From assembly GCA_963717525.1 (NCBI GenBank), contig OY970343.1:416001-480000 (forward strand): DNA of 64,000 nt, given 5' to 3'. Made by a program: the position numbers and the translations under genes. The DNA is from an uncultured Methanoregulaceae archaeon. GTDB taxonomy: Archaea; Halobacteriota; Methanomicrobia; Methanomicrobiales; Methanospirillaceae. Positions 41,079 to 51,168 of the stretch are shown here, piece by piece. Under the pieces are notes generated by a model. It did no database searches. It saw nothing but the letters and a program-made list of their open reading frames with translations, and had not been told where the DNA came from. Within the stretch, counting starts at the first letter, position 1; the number at the start of each line of letters is the position of its first letter.

Positions 41079-42063
41079 ACGCTACCGCCCGGAGCGGCTC
41101 GATGATATTGCGGGGCAGGACCAGGTCATCGGACTCCTGTCGTCCTGCGCGGCCTCGGGTACCATCCCACACCTGATGCTTGCCGGCCCGCACGGGACCG
41201 GCAAAAGCGCAGCGATACGGTGCTTTGCCGAGCAACTGTATGGTGCGAACTGGGAGGGTAATACTTCGATCTTCCAGACGGCAGACCTCTTCTCGCAGGG
41301 AAAGAAACTGCTTGAGGAAGATGAGCGGTATGCCCACCTGTACCAGAAGGGCCAGAGCCTGATTGTGAACTTCAAGTATATCCTGAAATGGTATGCCTCG
41401 ATGCGCCCGCTTGATGCCGATTTCAAGCTGATGGTCTTTGAAGACGCGCATGCTCTCACCCGCGAGGCCCAGCAGGGGCTTCGCCGGATCATGGAACAGT
41501 ACAGCCGTACCTGCCGTTTCGTCTTTTCTACCACCAACCAGAGCGCGATCATCCCTGCGATCAGCTCGCGCTGCCTGCCGCTGTTCTTTGCGCCGCTTCC
41601 TTCCAGGGTGCTTATCGCACGATTTTCTGCGATCCGGAAACGGGAGGAGCAGGGCACGCGGTTCACCTGTACAAACGATGACCTCGAACTGATCGCAGAG
41701 GCAGCGCAGGGAGACATGCGCCGGGGGATCCTGATGCTCCAGGCCGCTTACCAAGCCGGCTCCTGCAACAACCTTGTGAAGATGTCGCAGTCAGAGACCG
41801 GAACAGTTGCCGGCTCGGCAATCAGCCTGATCAAGGAAGGGGACCTTAAAGGGGGCATCCGCCAGCTTGAGTCCCTGATGATCGATTATGGTCTCTCGGG
41901 CCGGGAGGTCCTCTCTGAGATCCGGACGGTTGCCCTGCGGGAGTACAACCACCCTCTGCTTGCAACCGCCCTTGCCGATACAGACGCCCGTCTTGGGCAT
42001 GCAAACAACGAATTTGTCCAGATCGACTCCTTTGCAACAGGAATAAAGGAGATATTTCCATGA
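41065..42063 (+). CDS. Second replication factor C small-subunit homolog
   Basis: LWTERYRP, GPHGTGKS, QQGLRRIME, SRC, GDMRR. Confidence 0.85.
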   Translation: MLWTERYRPERLDDIAGQDQVIGLLSSCAASGTIPHLMLAGPHGTGKSAAIRCFAEQLYGANWEGNTSIFQTADLFSQGKKLLEEDERYAHLYQKGQSLIVNFKYILKWYASMRPLDADFKLMVFEDAHALTREAQQGLRRIMEQYSRTCRFVFSTTNQSAIIPAISSRCLPLFFAPLPSRVLIARFSAIRKREEQGTRFTCTNDDLELIAEAAQGDMRRGILMLQAAYQAGSCNNLVKMSQSETGTVAGSAISLIKEGDLKGGIRQLESLMIDYGLSGREVLSEIRTVALREYNHPLLATALADTDARLGHANNEFVQIDSFATGIKEIFP

Positions 42064-42794
42064 CCCTCGCCAGACGGGAGAAAATTCAGCAGCACTACGA
42101 TGATATTGCGGATGTATACGATCTTCACTACGACCATCCCCGCGGCAGGTCTTACCATACGCGCATCAGCAGCCACGTGATGGAAGCCCTCCCCACGGGT
42201 GGCGTACTTCTTGATATCGGCTGCGGCACCGGCCTCTTTGTCGAAAAGTATCTCCGTCACGGGGGGACGGCTGTTGGTATCGACCTGAGCAGGAATATGA
42301 TCGAGAGGGCACGCGTCCGGTGCGGATGCTCTGATTTTACCCTCGGGACCGGGGAGTCCATCCCGTTTAGCGATAACACGTTTGATGCTATCTCCAGTCT
42401 CCTTGTCTTCAGTTATGTGCGCGATCCGCAGGCCATGCTCAAGGAGGCATATCGGGTGCTGCGCCCGGGCGGTGCGATCTCAATCTGCACGCTCGGGAAG
42501 AAACTGCTGACCAGCGGTATTCCGGTTATCTACAGGGTGAGCGAAAAGATCCGGATCCCGCATGTGGTTATGAAGGATTTTGGCGAGCGTTACTATGACG
42601 AGGGTGAGATGTATCAACTCTTTAGCGAGGCCGGGTTCTGCGATGTGAAGGTTAACTGGTGCTCGTTTGCCCACATCGACATGGTCGATCCGCTCTTCAA
42701 CCTCGCGCAGCGGATGGAGCCTTTTATCGAGCGCCGGGTTCCCCAGCTGGCGTATAACATCTGTGTGGACGCGAGAAAACCCAAATCGGGATAG
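42060..42794 (+). CDS. Class I SAM-dependent methyltransferase
   Basis: LLDIGCGTG, GIDLS..M, PFSDNTFD, RVLRPGG. Confidence 0.88.
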   Translation: MTLARREKIQQHYDDIADVYDLHYDHPRGRSYHTRISSHVMEALPTGGVLLDIGCGTGLFVEKYLRHGGTAVGIDLSRNMIERARVRCGCSDFTLGTGESIPFSDNTFDAISSLLVFSYVRDPQAMLKEAYRVLRPGGAISICTLGKKLLTSGIPVIYRVSEKIRIPHVVMKDFGERYYDEGEMYQLFSEAGFCDVKVNWCSFAHIDMVDPLFNLAQRMEPFIERRVPQLAYNICVDARKPKSG

Positions 42795-42871
42795 CATTTT
42801 CAGAGGAGGGGTACATCTCTCCCCCAACCTTTATCAGCCGCACGGCAGAATTGAATAAGGAGTTTTAGCAT

Positions 42872-43213
42872 ATGGGTAAGACAGGTACAACCCTCTGGTC
42901 ACAGGTTAAAGGTGTCAAGGGCCAGATCCGGCTCGTCCCCAAAAAAGAAGGCGAGCGCAAGAGCCCGGGACCCAACCAGAGATTCAGGTCCAGCGTCAAT
43001 TTAAAGAAGATCGATCAGGCTGCGGCCGAGGAGCAGCGCGGTGGCCGGGGCGGCGCACGGCGTGGTGGACGAGGAGGACGGGGTGGACGGCGCGGTGGCG
43101 ACCGGTCCGGCGGCTCGGGCATGAATGAGTCCACGGCAAGTCCGCTCATCCGCAGGCGCATGCGCCGGGCGAAAGTCTCCATGCTGGGCGCAAAGGCGAA
43201 GGCCGCGCGGTAA
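42872..43213 (+). CDS. Small basic RGG-rich protein (DUF5350-like)
   Basis: MGKTGT.W.QVKGVKGQIRLVP, GPNQRF, RGG repeats; AGGAG ribosome-binding site. Confidence 0.75.
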   Translation: MGKTGTTLWSQVKGVKGQIRLVPKKEGERKSPGPNQRFRSSVNLKKIDQAAAEEQRGGRGGARRGGRGGRGGRRGGDRSGGSGMNESTASPLIRRRMRRAKVSMLGAKAKAAR

Positions 43214-43378
43214 TACCGATACTATCCGCCGCTGTGATCAGCGGAATATGACGGGGGCAGGGTCCTGCTCCGTAATGGCCATTTTTTAACTGTTTCAGGA
43301 AATCAGTGAAGAACTCTGGTTTTTATCGGAAAGCGTTTGAATCATAATTATCATTTATCTCCAGCGACTATGGTGAGT

Positions 43379-43735
43379 ATGGATCTTCCAACCGCAGTGA
43401 AAAGTTACCAGTTTGGAGAACGGGCGAAATCCGAACTGATTGTCGTCTCCCAGCTCTGCTCGGCGCTTACCGGTTTTCCTGACACGCAAAAAAGCGGTGG
43501 CAGAAAAATGCTTCTTCTCCTCATGGAGCAGGTCAGGAGCGAGGTGGCCTTTGCTGCAAAGAGCACAGGTGAGAGAGAGTTCGAAAAGGCGATAAATGCC
43601 TTGAATGAAGCGATCTCTCTTGTCGAGAGCAACCAGCCCGAGCAGGCCGCAGAGAAGCTTGCCGCGGCCATCAGCGCGTCGACCACCCCGGCGCAGAATG
43701 CATGGCAGGTACTCTCCGAACATGGACTCCTCTGA
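43379..43735 (+). CDS. Helical hypothetical protein
   Basis: ORF with GGTGAG ribosome-binding site, overlapping the next gene. Confidence 0.7.
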   Translation: MDLPTAVKSYQFGERAKSELIVVSQLCSALTGFPDTQKSGGRKMLLLLMEQVRSEVAFAAKSTGEREFEKAINALNEAISLVESNQPEQAAEKLAAAISASTTPAQNAWQVLSEHGLL

Positions 43736-44249
43736 TTTTCTGGGGTTCCTTTCGGCCCGGTCTTCGGTGCGGGAATACGAGGAGACCCCGCTTTCCGAAG
43801 ATGAGATTACGTACATCATGTCCTGTGCCGGTACGGTGCCGAGTGCCGGCAACCTTGAGGCATGGGATGTCGTGGTAGTAACTGATGCCGAGCTACGGCT
43901 CGCGCTTGCGGAGGCGGCCTTCGGGCAGGAACATGTTGGAAAAGCCCCCGTGCTCTTCGTGGTCTGCGCCAACTACGTGCGTTCGATGTCTCAGTACGGC
44001 GAACGGGGCATCCTCTATGCGGTACAGGATGCAACCATTGCCTGCACGTACATGATGCTCGCCGCCCATGCACGCGGTCTTGCTACCTGCTGGACCGGGG
44101 CGTTTGACGAGGATGATGTGAGGGAAATCCTCGGGCTGCCCCCGCACGTACGGCCGCTTGTGATCCTTGCGGCAGGGCATGGCAGGCAGCCGATCCGTCG
44201 TGCAGAACGCATGGATATCGGGGAGCACGTCCACCACGATACGTGGTAA
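43722..44249 (+). CDS. Nitroreductase family protein
   Basis: [38 protein letters not shown]. Confidence 0.9.
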   Translation: MDSSDFLGFLSARSSVREYEETPLSEDEITYIMSCAGTVPSAGNLEAWDVVVVTDAELRLALAEAAFGQEHVGKAPVLFVVCANYVRSMSQYGERGILYAVQDATIACTYMMLAAHARGLATCWTGAFDEDDVREILGLPPHVRPLVILAAGHGRQPIRRAERMDIGEHVHHDTW

Positions 44250-44281
44250 TGCGAGCAGGAATTTTTCGGGAGGAGAAAACT

Positions 44282-44620
44282 ATGCCGGACTATCTGGTGA
44301 CACTTGAATCAGCGTGGTACATCAAGGATGCAAAGTCACTTGACGATGCGATCGGGATTGCAATCAGCGAGGCGGGAAAACGGCTCAACCCCTCTGCAAA
44401 GTTTGTCGAGGTCGAGGCAGGCATGCTCGCCTGCCCGTTCTGCGACCAGGAACTCTCAAGCGCCATTGTGGTTGCCGATACTGCGCTCGTGGGGCTGGTT
44501 CTTGAGATGAAAGTATTCCGGGCCGAGTCAAAGGAGCACGCCGGCCGGATTGCAAAGTCGGTGATCGGGAAAGCACTCCACGAGATCCCCTTAAAACTGC
44601 TGGATGTGGAAGAACTATGA
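44282..44620 (+). CDS. UPF0212/DUF555 family protein
   Basis: [40 protein letters not shown]. Confidence 0.88.
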   Translation: MPDYLVTLESAWYIKDAKSLDDAIGIAISEAGKRLNPSAKFVEVEAGMLACPFCDQELSSAIVVADTALVGLVLEMKVFRAESKEHAGRIAKSVIGKALHEIPLKLLDVEEL

Positions 44621-45514
44621 TCCACGTTGTCGGCCACACCGCGGTCGATCACATCTCAAAGGTTCACCACCTCCCAGAACCGAACCAGTCCACCCATATC
44701 ACCGACCGGCAGGTTTTTTTCGGCGGCGGAGCAGCCAATATCGCGGCAGGGATAGCAACCCTTGGTGAAGCGGTTACACTCCATTCCTGTGTCGGAGACG
44801 ATTTTCCCGGGAGCGACTACGAGAAATGGATGGATACGGCAGGCATCCACCGGCAGTTTTTCGAAGTACCCGGGACCCATACGCCGACCGCGTTCATGTT
44901 CACCGATGAAGCGGGCAGCCAGATGACGTTCTTTGAATGGGGAGCCTCAAGGGCTTTTGCGACTGCGGAAGCCCCGGCGCTGCCTTTCGTTCACATGGCG
45001 ACAGCAGATCCCGAGTTTAACTGCCGGGTGGCGCAGAAGAGCGAATTTGTCTCGTTTGACCCGGGGCAGGATGTCTTCTGGTACACAAAGGAGCAGCTCG
45101 AATCCATTATCGCTAATACCGACATATTGTTTGCCAACCAGCACGAGGTGCAGCAGATGTGTACGACGCTTGGGGTGACAAAAGAGGAACTTATACACCA
45201 GGTCACGATGGCGATCTTCACGATGAGCGGTGACGGGAGTATGCTCTATCGGGGGGGTAAAGAGCATTTCATCCCGGCTGTCACGGTCACGCTCTGCGAC
45301 CCAACCGGCGCAGGGGACTCGGTACCGGGCCGGGTTCCTCTCCGCGTACGTCCGGGGCTATGCGCCCCTGACCTGCTGCAAAGTCGGGACGGTCACCGCG
45401 TCCTATGTTGTAGAGCATGCCGGCTGCCAGACGCACCTGCCCACCTGGACGCAGATGCTTGAACGGTACCGGAAAAACTTCGACACCCTTGAACCGGTGC
45501 CGCCAGTGGGGTAA
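44617..45514 (+). CDS. PfkB/ribokinase-family kinase; apparent frameshift near 45322
   Basis: [28 protein letters not shown] then YRAGFL in the shifted frame. Confidence 0.88.
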
Positions 45515-45571
45515 GATGGTGAGTTGGGCGGGAACCGATCGGTCCGGACTGATATTCGGGGGTTTTGCCTG

Positions 45572-47307
45572 ATGGCGATTGCAGGCGACGTCAAGCTTGG
45601 GCAGCTCACAAAATATCTCTTCACGGCGCCATCATGGCCGGTCTCGCTCCTTATCCTCATTCTCCTCGGCCTTATCATCGATGGCGCGAGCGCCCGTGCC
45701 TGGGTCTACCTCCCGTTCTCGGGTACGCTTGCCTTTACCATCCCGGCTATTGCCGCTTTTCTTTTCACAAAACCGATCATCGAGTATTCCGGCAAGACGA
45801 TGACCTGGAACCGTTCGGCACTCCTTGCCCTTGCCTGCACGGTCTTTGCGGTCATCATCACCTTCGCCTCGCTTGCCGGGGGATCCGGTTCCTCCCGCTC
45901 TTTTACGGGATCTCCCTTGGCTTTGTCTTCGGTCTTCGCCTCTTTGTGCTTGTCGCGATCTCGGATTACCGCCTGCCCCGGATGATCCTGCCGGCCGTTA
46001 CCCAGAGTGGTGTCGGCGTTATTGCCGGGTTCTTTCTCTTCTCGCCGGAATGGGCATTCTTCGCCATCGTCCTCCATATCGTCTTCGGTCTCGGTTTTGC
46101 GATCCTCATCTGGCTGATCGAGCGCCCGCTCTACCGCGCGTTCCACATACGGGGACTCGCGTTTGTCAATGCATTTATCGCCAACATGACGGACGGTTCA
46201 AAGGGCATGGAGAACTTCTTCCGCGAGATCGGGGAGGAGATCTTCGTGCCGCAGGTCTGCCTCTTCTTCCGCCGGCAAAAGAAGACCGCCCTCCTCTTTA
46301 CCGTCCCCAACCTTCACCCCGGCCCGATGGGCGAGATCGGGGGCGGCAACCTGCCCCGGGTCATTCATGACAAGATGGAGGAAGAAACGATGGTCCCCCA
46401 TGGCTGCGCATCGCACGACTTTAATCTGGTCTCCGAGAGCGAGATCCAAAAAGTGATCGGTGCAATTGAGCGTTCCAGAACGGACCGTATCTATGGACAG
46501 GGTGCAACACCGTCCTCCCGGCTCTCCTGCGGCACAGTCCGGATCCTGTACCAGCGGTTTGGCGATTCCATCCTGATGGTTTCGACCCGGTCACCCCAGA
46601 TGACCGAGGACCTCGATTACTCCATCGGAATGGCGATCATGGCCGAGGGTCATCGCTGGTTCCCGCACGTGGCGTTTGTTGATGCGCACAACTGCATGAC
46701 TGATCTTTCCTCCGCGGTGCTCCCGGCAACCCTGACCGCGATGGAGTACCAGCGCGGTGCGATCCAGGTAATGGAGGCCGCCAATAAGGCGGAGCTCCAT
46801 GCATTCTCGGTCGGCTATGCCCGCGAGCACCTTCCCTATTCCCGCGAGCAGGGATTCGGCGATCTCGGCGTGCAGGTGATGGTCGTTGAGACGTGCGGCC
46901 AGAAAACCGGCTACGTGCTCTTCGACGGCAACAACATGGCCTCCGGTGTCCGCGAGGTCCTGCTTGAGAAGATCCTTACCCTTGTCGATGCAGCGGAAGT
47001 GATGACGACCGATTCGCACGTAGTCAATACGATCACCGGTAAAAACCCGGTCGGCATGGAGATACCGGTAGAAACGTTTCTTCCTGCGGTCCTGCGTACC
47101 GTGCAGGCCGCCATCGATGATCTCGGGCCGGCCGAGTGTGCGGCAACCACGGCGCAGTGCGAACACGTGGTTGTCTTTGGATCCAACCGGATCTCGCAGC
47201 TTGCAAGCACCGTAAACGCGATGCTGATCTTCGTGGCACCGCTCTCGCTGGCGATGCTGCTTCTGGCGTTCTTCCTCTCGCTTGCAGCGTATGTGCTGAT
47301 GGTGTGA
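45572..47307 (+). CDS. DUF2070 membrane protein; apparent frameshift near 45878
   Basis: N-terminal TM bundle; HPGPMGEIGGGNLP, PHG.ASHDFN, VDAHN, DGNN, TTDSH. Confidence 0.85.
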
Positions 47308-47914
47308 GGGAGGGGGCGACATCCCCGATTTACCTGATCCGGGCTACGCTCATCCGGGCCCGAATTGAACCCGGATTCACCTTTTCTGGATCCAATCGGA
47401 GCCCGTATGGGGCTCCGTTTCAAAATAAGCCTGAATCAGCCTTATTTTGGCAATCGGGCGAATTAAAAGGTTCACATAAACGCGGTTTTCGGGCCGATCA
47501 CCAGGGAAACGGGCATTTGTTCGATCCCGAAATAAAAGGCTGAAAAACAGCCGCTAAGGCTTGTTTACGGGCATTATACGGTGCTTAATTTGGGCTTATT
47601 TTGGCAAATGGGGCAAAATAATCAGTTAGATTTTCCTCCTATGGAATCGGACGGTTTTACGGGCGTATTTTGGGGAGAATCATGAGAAGGATCACATTAC
47701 GATTCCTCCCCCCTCCTCACAACGCTCGGAGTCGTTTGGGCTTCCTGCCGGACCCTTGCCGGGCAAAGTGTTGTTTTCTCTCATTTGATCCGCCGCGGGG
47801 AGGTGCCCCGCCGGGGGCGGCGGAACTCCTCGCTTGTGGGGGTATGGGGATATCAGCCCCCATCTTACGGATCGGCCAAAGCCAGAAACATGCTGCTTGG
47901 CTCATTGGCTGAGG

Positions 47915-48300
47915 ATTCCGGAAAAAGAGCGGCTCAGGCAGCGGAAGATTTCGAATAATGTTCAGGTCCAGGGCTGAGAATTTCGGAAAAAGTTCGACCC
48001 GGTAACCGGACTTTTTGAAAAAAGTACGGAAACGTTGTTGAACTTTCTCAAAAAAGTCCGGTGAGGTTGCCAGACTTTTTATGAAAAAATAGGTATCCGG
48101 ATGTGCATTGTATCGTCTGAATCACCCGGACGATCTGCCGGATGTTCCGGAAAAATTCCGGTAACATTATCGAGCTTTTGTAAAAAAGTTCGGCAAGGTT
48201 CGTGGATTTTCCGGATAATGTCTGGTAAGGTTATCGAGCTTTTGTAAAAATGACCGGCACGCTTCGTAAATATTTCGGGAAAAGTCCGGCCCGTGGGGTC
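47915..48300. repeat. Degenerate 32-bp-period tandem array of dyad-symmetric units (about 10-11 units)
   Basis: Anchor base after the A-tract at 47960, 47992, 48024, 48056 and 48156, 48188, 48220, 48252, 48284; exact 20-mer TTATCGAGCTTTTGTAAAAA at 48167 and 48231. Confidence 0.75.
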
Positions 48301-48589
48301 CCCCGACCTGTTGACCGGCTCGCGGCCGGATCTATTGGGCAGACAGGAGATCACCGTATCCCATAGAGATCCCTGTCACGACGGAAACTCCACCGAATCC
48401 CCTGAAAATATTCCCCACATACATAATTTAGCATGATTTATCATCTCTTTTTCAAATCCGGGCCATTTGACCACAAGATATAAAAAAAAAGCGTGCATAA
48501 TCACGAATAGAGAAAGGAGGAAAAGGAACCAGAGCAGCACATATCGTGTAATGACAGTTTGTACCGCAGGCGAACTTGGGTAGGGAAAG

Positions 48590-49345
48590 GTGATTGAAGT
48601 TCATTTGACCACATACGCACCTGCCCGCTGGATCGGTGTTGACCTCAACACGACCGGCCACGCGGCTGTCGCCGCTGAACCGGACAGCGGGAAAGTCCTG
48701 AAACTGGGAAAAAACGTACACTATGTCCGCAGCAACTCCATCAAAAACTGCACGAAACTCTACAGGGAAGGAAAACTCTGGAAACTCAAGAAAGTAAAAA
48801 GCCGTGAGCGCAAGGCGTTCAAGGCAGCATTAAACAAAATCTCCCGGCAGATCGTATCCTTCGCGGAATCGCTCGGGTCGGGCATCAAATTTGAAAAACT
48901 CTTCTCCAGCCGTTACTCGCACTCCCACGATGCTGGCGGTTTTACCGAGTTCTCGTTCGGGAACGGATCGTTCTTTTCACTCCAGCGCCTCGTGGAAAAA
49001 ATGGCAGAAAAACGGGGCATTCCCGTCCTCTACGTGAACCCCGCATATACCTCGAAGCGGTGCAGCCGGTGCGGGAGTATCGGGCGGCGGAGCAGGAAAA
49101 GATTTGAATGCCCGCACTGCGGCTTTGTCGCCCATGCGGACGTGAATGCCGCCTTCAACATCGCGGTTACCTCGCGCCGGTCTGCCATCCTGGACCTCTG
49201 CGGGGAAGAGCAGGAGGACCAGATAAGGCTCACCAAGAAACAGGTGCGACGGCGTGCCCGCGAAGAGATCTTTATACTGCATCCCGGTGTCATGGGAGTT
49301 ACGGTTCCGGCCCCCTGCGAAAACCTGCTCGCGGTGCTGGAATAG
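48590..49345 (+). CDS. Miniature TnpB/Cas12f-like protein (RuvC plus zinc ribbon, no N-terminal WED/REC lobe)
   Basis: WIGVDLN (RuvC-I), IKFEKL (RuvC-II), VNPAYTSKRCSRCG...FECPHCG (zinc finger), HADVNAAFNIA (RuvC-III); RuvC-I Asp is residue 18. Confidence 0.85.
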   Translation: MIEVHLTTYAPARWIGVDLNTTGHAAVAAEPDSGKVLKLGKNVHYVRSNSIKNCTKLYREGKLWKLKKVKSRERKAFKAALNKISRQIVSFAESLGSGIKFEKLFSSRYSHSHDAGGFTEFSFGNGSFFSLQRLVEKMAEKRGIPVLYVNPAYTSKRCSRCGSIGRRSRKRFECPHCGFVAHADVNAAFNIAVTSRRSAILDLCGEEQEDQIRLTKKQVRRRAREEIFILHPGVMGVTVPAPCENLLAVLE

Positions 49346-49452
49346 CATCCCCCGGCATCGTCTTTTTTTCCCGTGACTTTAACGACGGCAGGATCCGGAT
49401 AAAACGGGGAAATGGAGAAAAGATTTCCCCATCAAGATGAAAAGATCTCTCT

Positions 49453-49794
49453 ATGACAGAACATAAGGGACTGCTCTACAGTTTTGCGTTATTCAAGCAG
49501 CGGTACACACGAGGAACCTCGTGGACCCAGATCCTTTTGAATTTTGGGATCATCACGGCAAACGCCAAACTTTTCGAGGACTTTTTCTACATTCAATTGG
49601 GCCTCACCCTGCCTATGGTCATTGCCCTCGCAGTGCCGTTTTATATCATCATCTGTTATATCATCGGGCACTATGATGAGAAGATTGGGTTCTGGCAGAT
49701 CGAGAACAACATGAGCTACCGGTTCACCCCCTACTCCGAGGAGATGCTCAATAGTATCCGGGAGATCAAAAAGAAACTGGACAAAGAACCGTAA
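49453..49794 (+). CDS. Small membrane protein of unknown function
   Basis: 113 aa, one or two hydrophobic helices, charged C-terminal helix. Confidence 0.65.
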   Translation: MTEHKGLLYSFALFKQRYTRGTSWTQILLNFGIITANAKLFEDFFYIQLGLTLPMVIALAVPFYIIICYIIGHYDEKIGFWQIENNMSYRFTPYSEEMLNSIREIKKKLDKEP

Positions 49795-50126
49795 CCGGCA
49801 TTCATGCCTTTCGTTGGCCGCACAGAGTACTGCGGTTGGTCAGGCTTGTTTACCTGATATCATCCTTATTTTAAAGGATCCCGCCGGCATAGATCCCCGG
49901 GGATCTTCATCTCAGCAACGATTTCTCATGCCCCGTCATTCCGGGAGAACAGGGAACCGGCCGATTTGCTTATACCCCGGCTCTCTCATACAATTCAGGA
50001 AGACATCTGTAGGGCAGTGCGGGGAGAGCAGAGATGGCAAAACATCCGGGACGTTCTGCCGATCCGGGCCTGATGCCGTTATGACCCCCGGGTGGCAGAA
50101 CCGCACGACTGCCTGCGAGGGATAGG

Positions 50127-51002
50127 ATGCAGCTGACCGATGAATCACTCAGAAAGATTGCCGCGCTCCAGAGAAACGAGATCACTGAACATCTCATCTA
50201 CGAAAGAATCGCACAGGTAACCCCGGACTCCCACAACCGCGAAGTCCTGACCCGGATTGCCGGGGAAGAGGTCCAGCACTACAACATCTGGAAGCAGTAT
50301 ACGGGCCGGGATGTCGCTCCCAATCTTCTCCGGGTCTGGTATTACTATCTCATCGCCCGCCTGCTCGGGATGACCTTTGCGATCAAGCTGATGGAGAGCG
50401 TGGAGCAGGAGGCGCAGATCGGCGATCCGGCGCTCCTTGCCGAGATCCCTGAGCTGCCGTCTATGCTTTCAAACGAAGCAAAGCATGAACAGGAGCTTAT
50501 CAATCTGATCGATGAGGAACGGCTGAAATATGTCGGCTCCGTTGTGCTCGGCCTCAATGATGCACTCGTGGAGTTCACCGGCACCCTTGCCGGCCTGACT
50601 TTTGCGATTCAGGATTCCCGGATCATTGCGGTGGCCGGCCTGATCACCGGTGTTGCCGCATCGCTGTCCATGGCTGCCTCCGAATATCTCTCGCAGCGGT
50701 CTGATGAGACGACCGGCACAAACCCGAAGAAGGCTGCATTCTATACCGGGATGACATATATTGTAACCGTTGCCCTGCTGATCCTTCCCTTCCTTCTCCT
50801 GACAAGTCCGTATGTTGCGCTTGTCTTTACCCTTGTGGGGGCGGTTCTCGTCATCTTTGTTTTCACGTTCTACATCTCTGTGGCAAAGGATCTGCCTTTC
50901 TGGAAACGCTTTGCCGAGATGGCCGCCATCAGCCTTGGGATTGCGGCAATCTCCTTTGTGATTGGCCTTGTGATCAGGGTCCTGCTGAATGTGAACGTAT
51001 AA
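50127..51002 (+). CDS. VIT1/CCC1 transporter with N-terminal ferritin/rubrerythrin-like domain
   Basis: NEITEHLIY, EEVQHY, EAKHE; VLGLNDALVE, AASLSMAASEYLS. Confidence 0.9.
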   Translation: MQLTDESLRKIAALQRNEITEHLIYERIAQVTPDSHNREVLTRIAGEEVQHYNIWKQYTGRDVAPNLLRVWYYYLIARLLGMTFAIKLMESVEQEAQIGDPALLAEIPELPSMLSNEAKHEQELINLIDEERLKYVGSVVLGLNDALVEFTGTLAGLTFAIQDSRIIAVAGLITGVAASLSMAASEYLSQRSDETTGTNPKKAAFYTGMTYIVTVALLILPFLLLTSPYVALVFTLVGAVLVIFVFTFYISVAKDLPFWKRFAEMAAISLGIAAISFVIGLVIRVLLNVNV

Positions 51003-51168
51003 GGGTGCAGACCCCCCGGCACCTGCCCCTTTTTACCACGGTGTTGTGATCCCTCCCTTTCACCGGCCTAGCAATCCCTGACCGGCCGGCAGGAGAAAAA
51101 AGAGATGGGCTTTTTACTGATAACAACATTCATGAACACATACGGCAATCCACGCCGACTGCAGCCCT

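Noticed and set aside
41065..42063. Second RFC small subunit as a novelty
   Set aside because: Two small RFC subunits are already known in Methanomicrobia
47915..48300. Canonical CRISPR array next to a Cas12f-like gene
   Set aside because: Units are degenerate along their length, the period is only 32 bp, there are no unique 30-40 bp spacers and no cas1/cas2; kept as a non-CRISPR array
48551..48589. Pyrrolysine or other readthrough of the TAG at 48581 from the ATG at 48551
   Set aside because: Would add only 13 residues with no recognisable similarity, and there is no pyl evidence in the window
48590..49345. Intact IS200/IS605 or IS607 element
   Set aside because: No tnpA or serine recombinase, no identifiable right end or omega-RNA, and the protein lacks its N-terminal lobe
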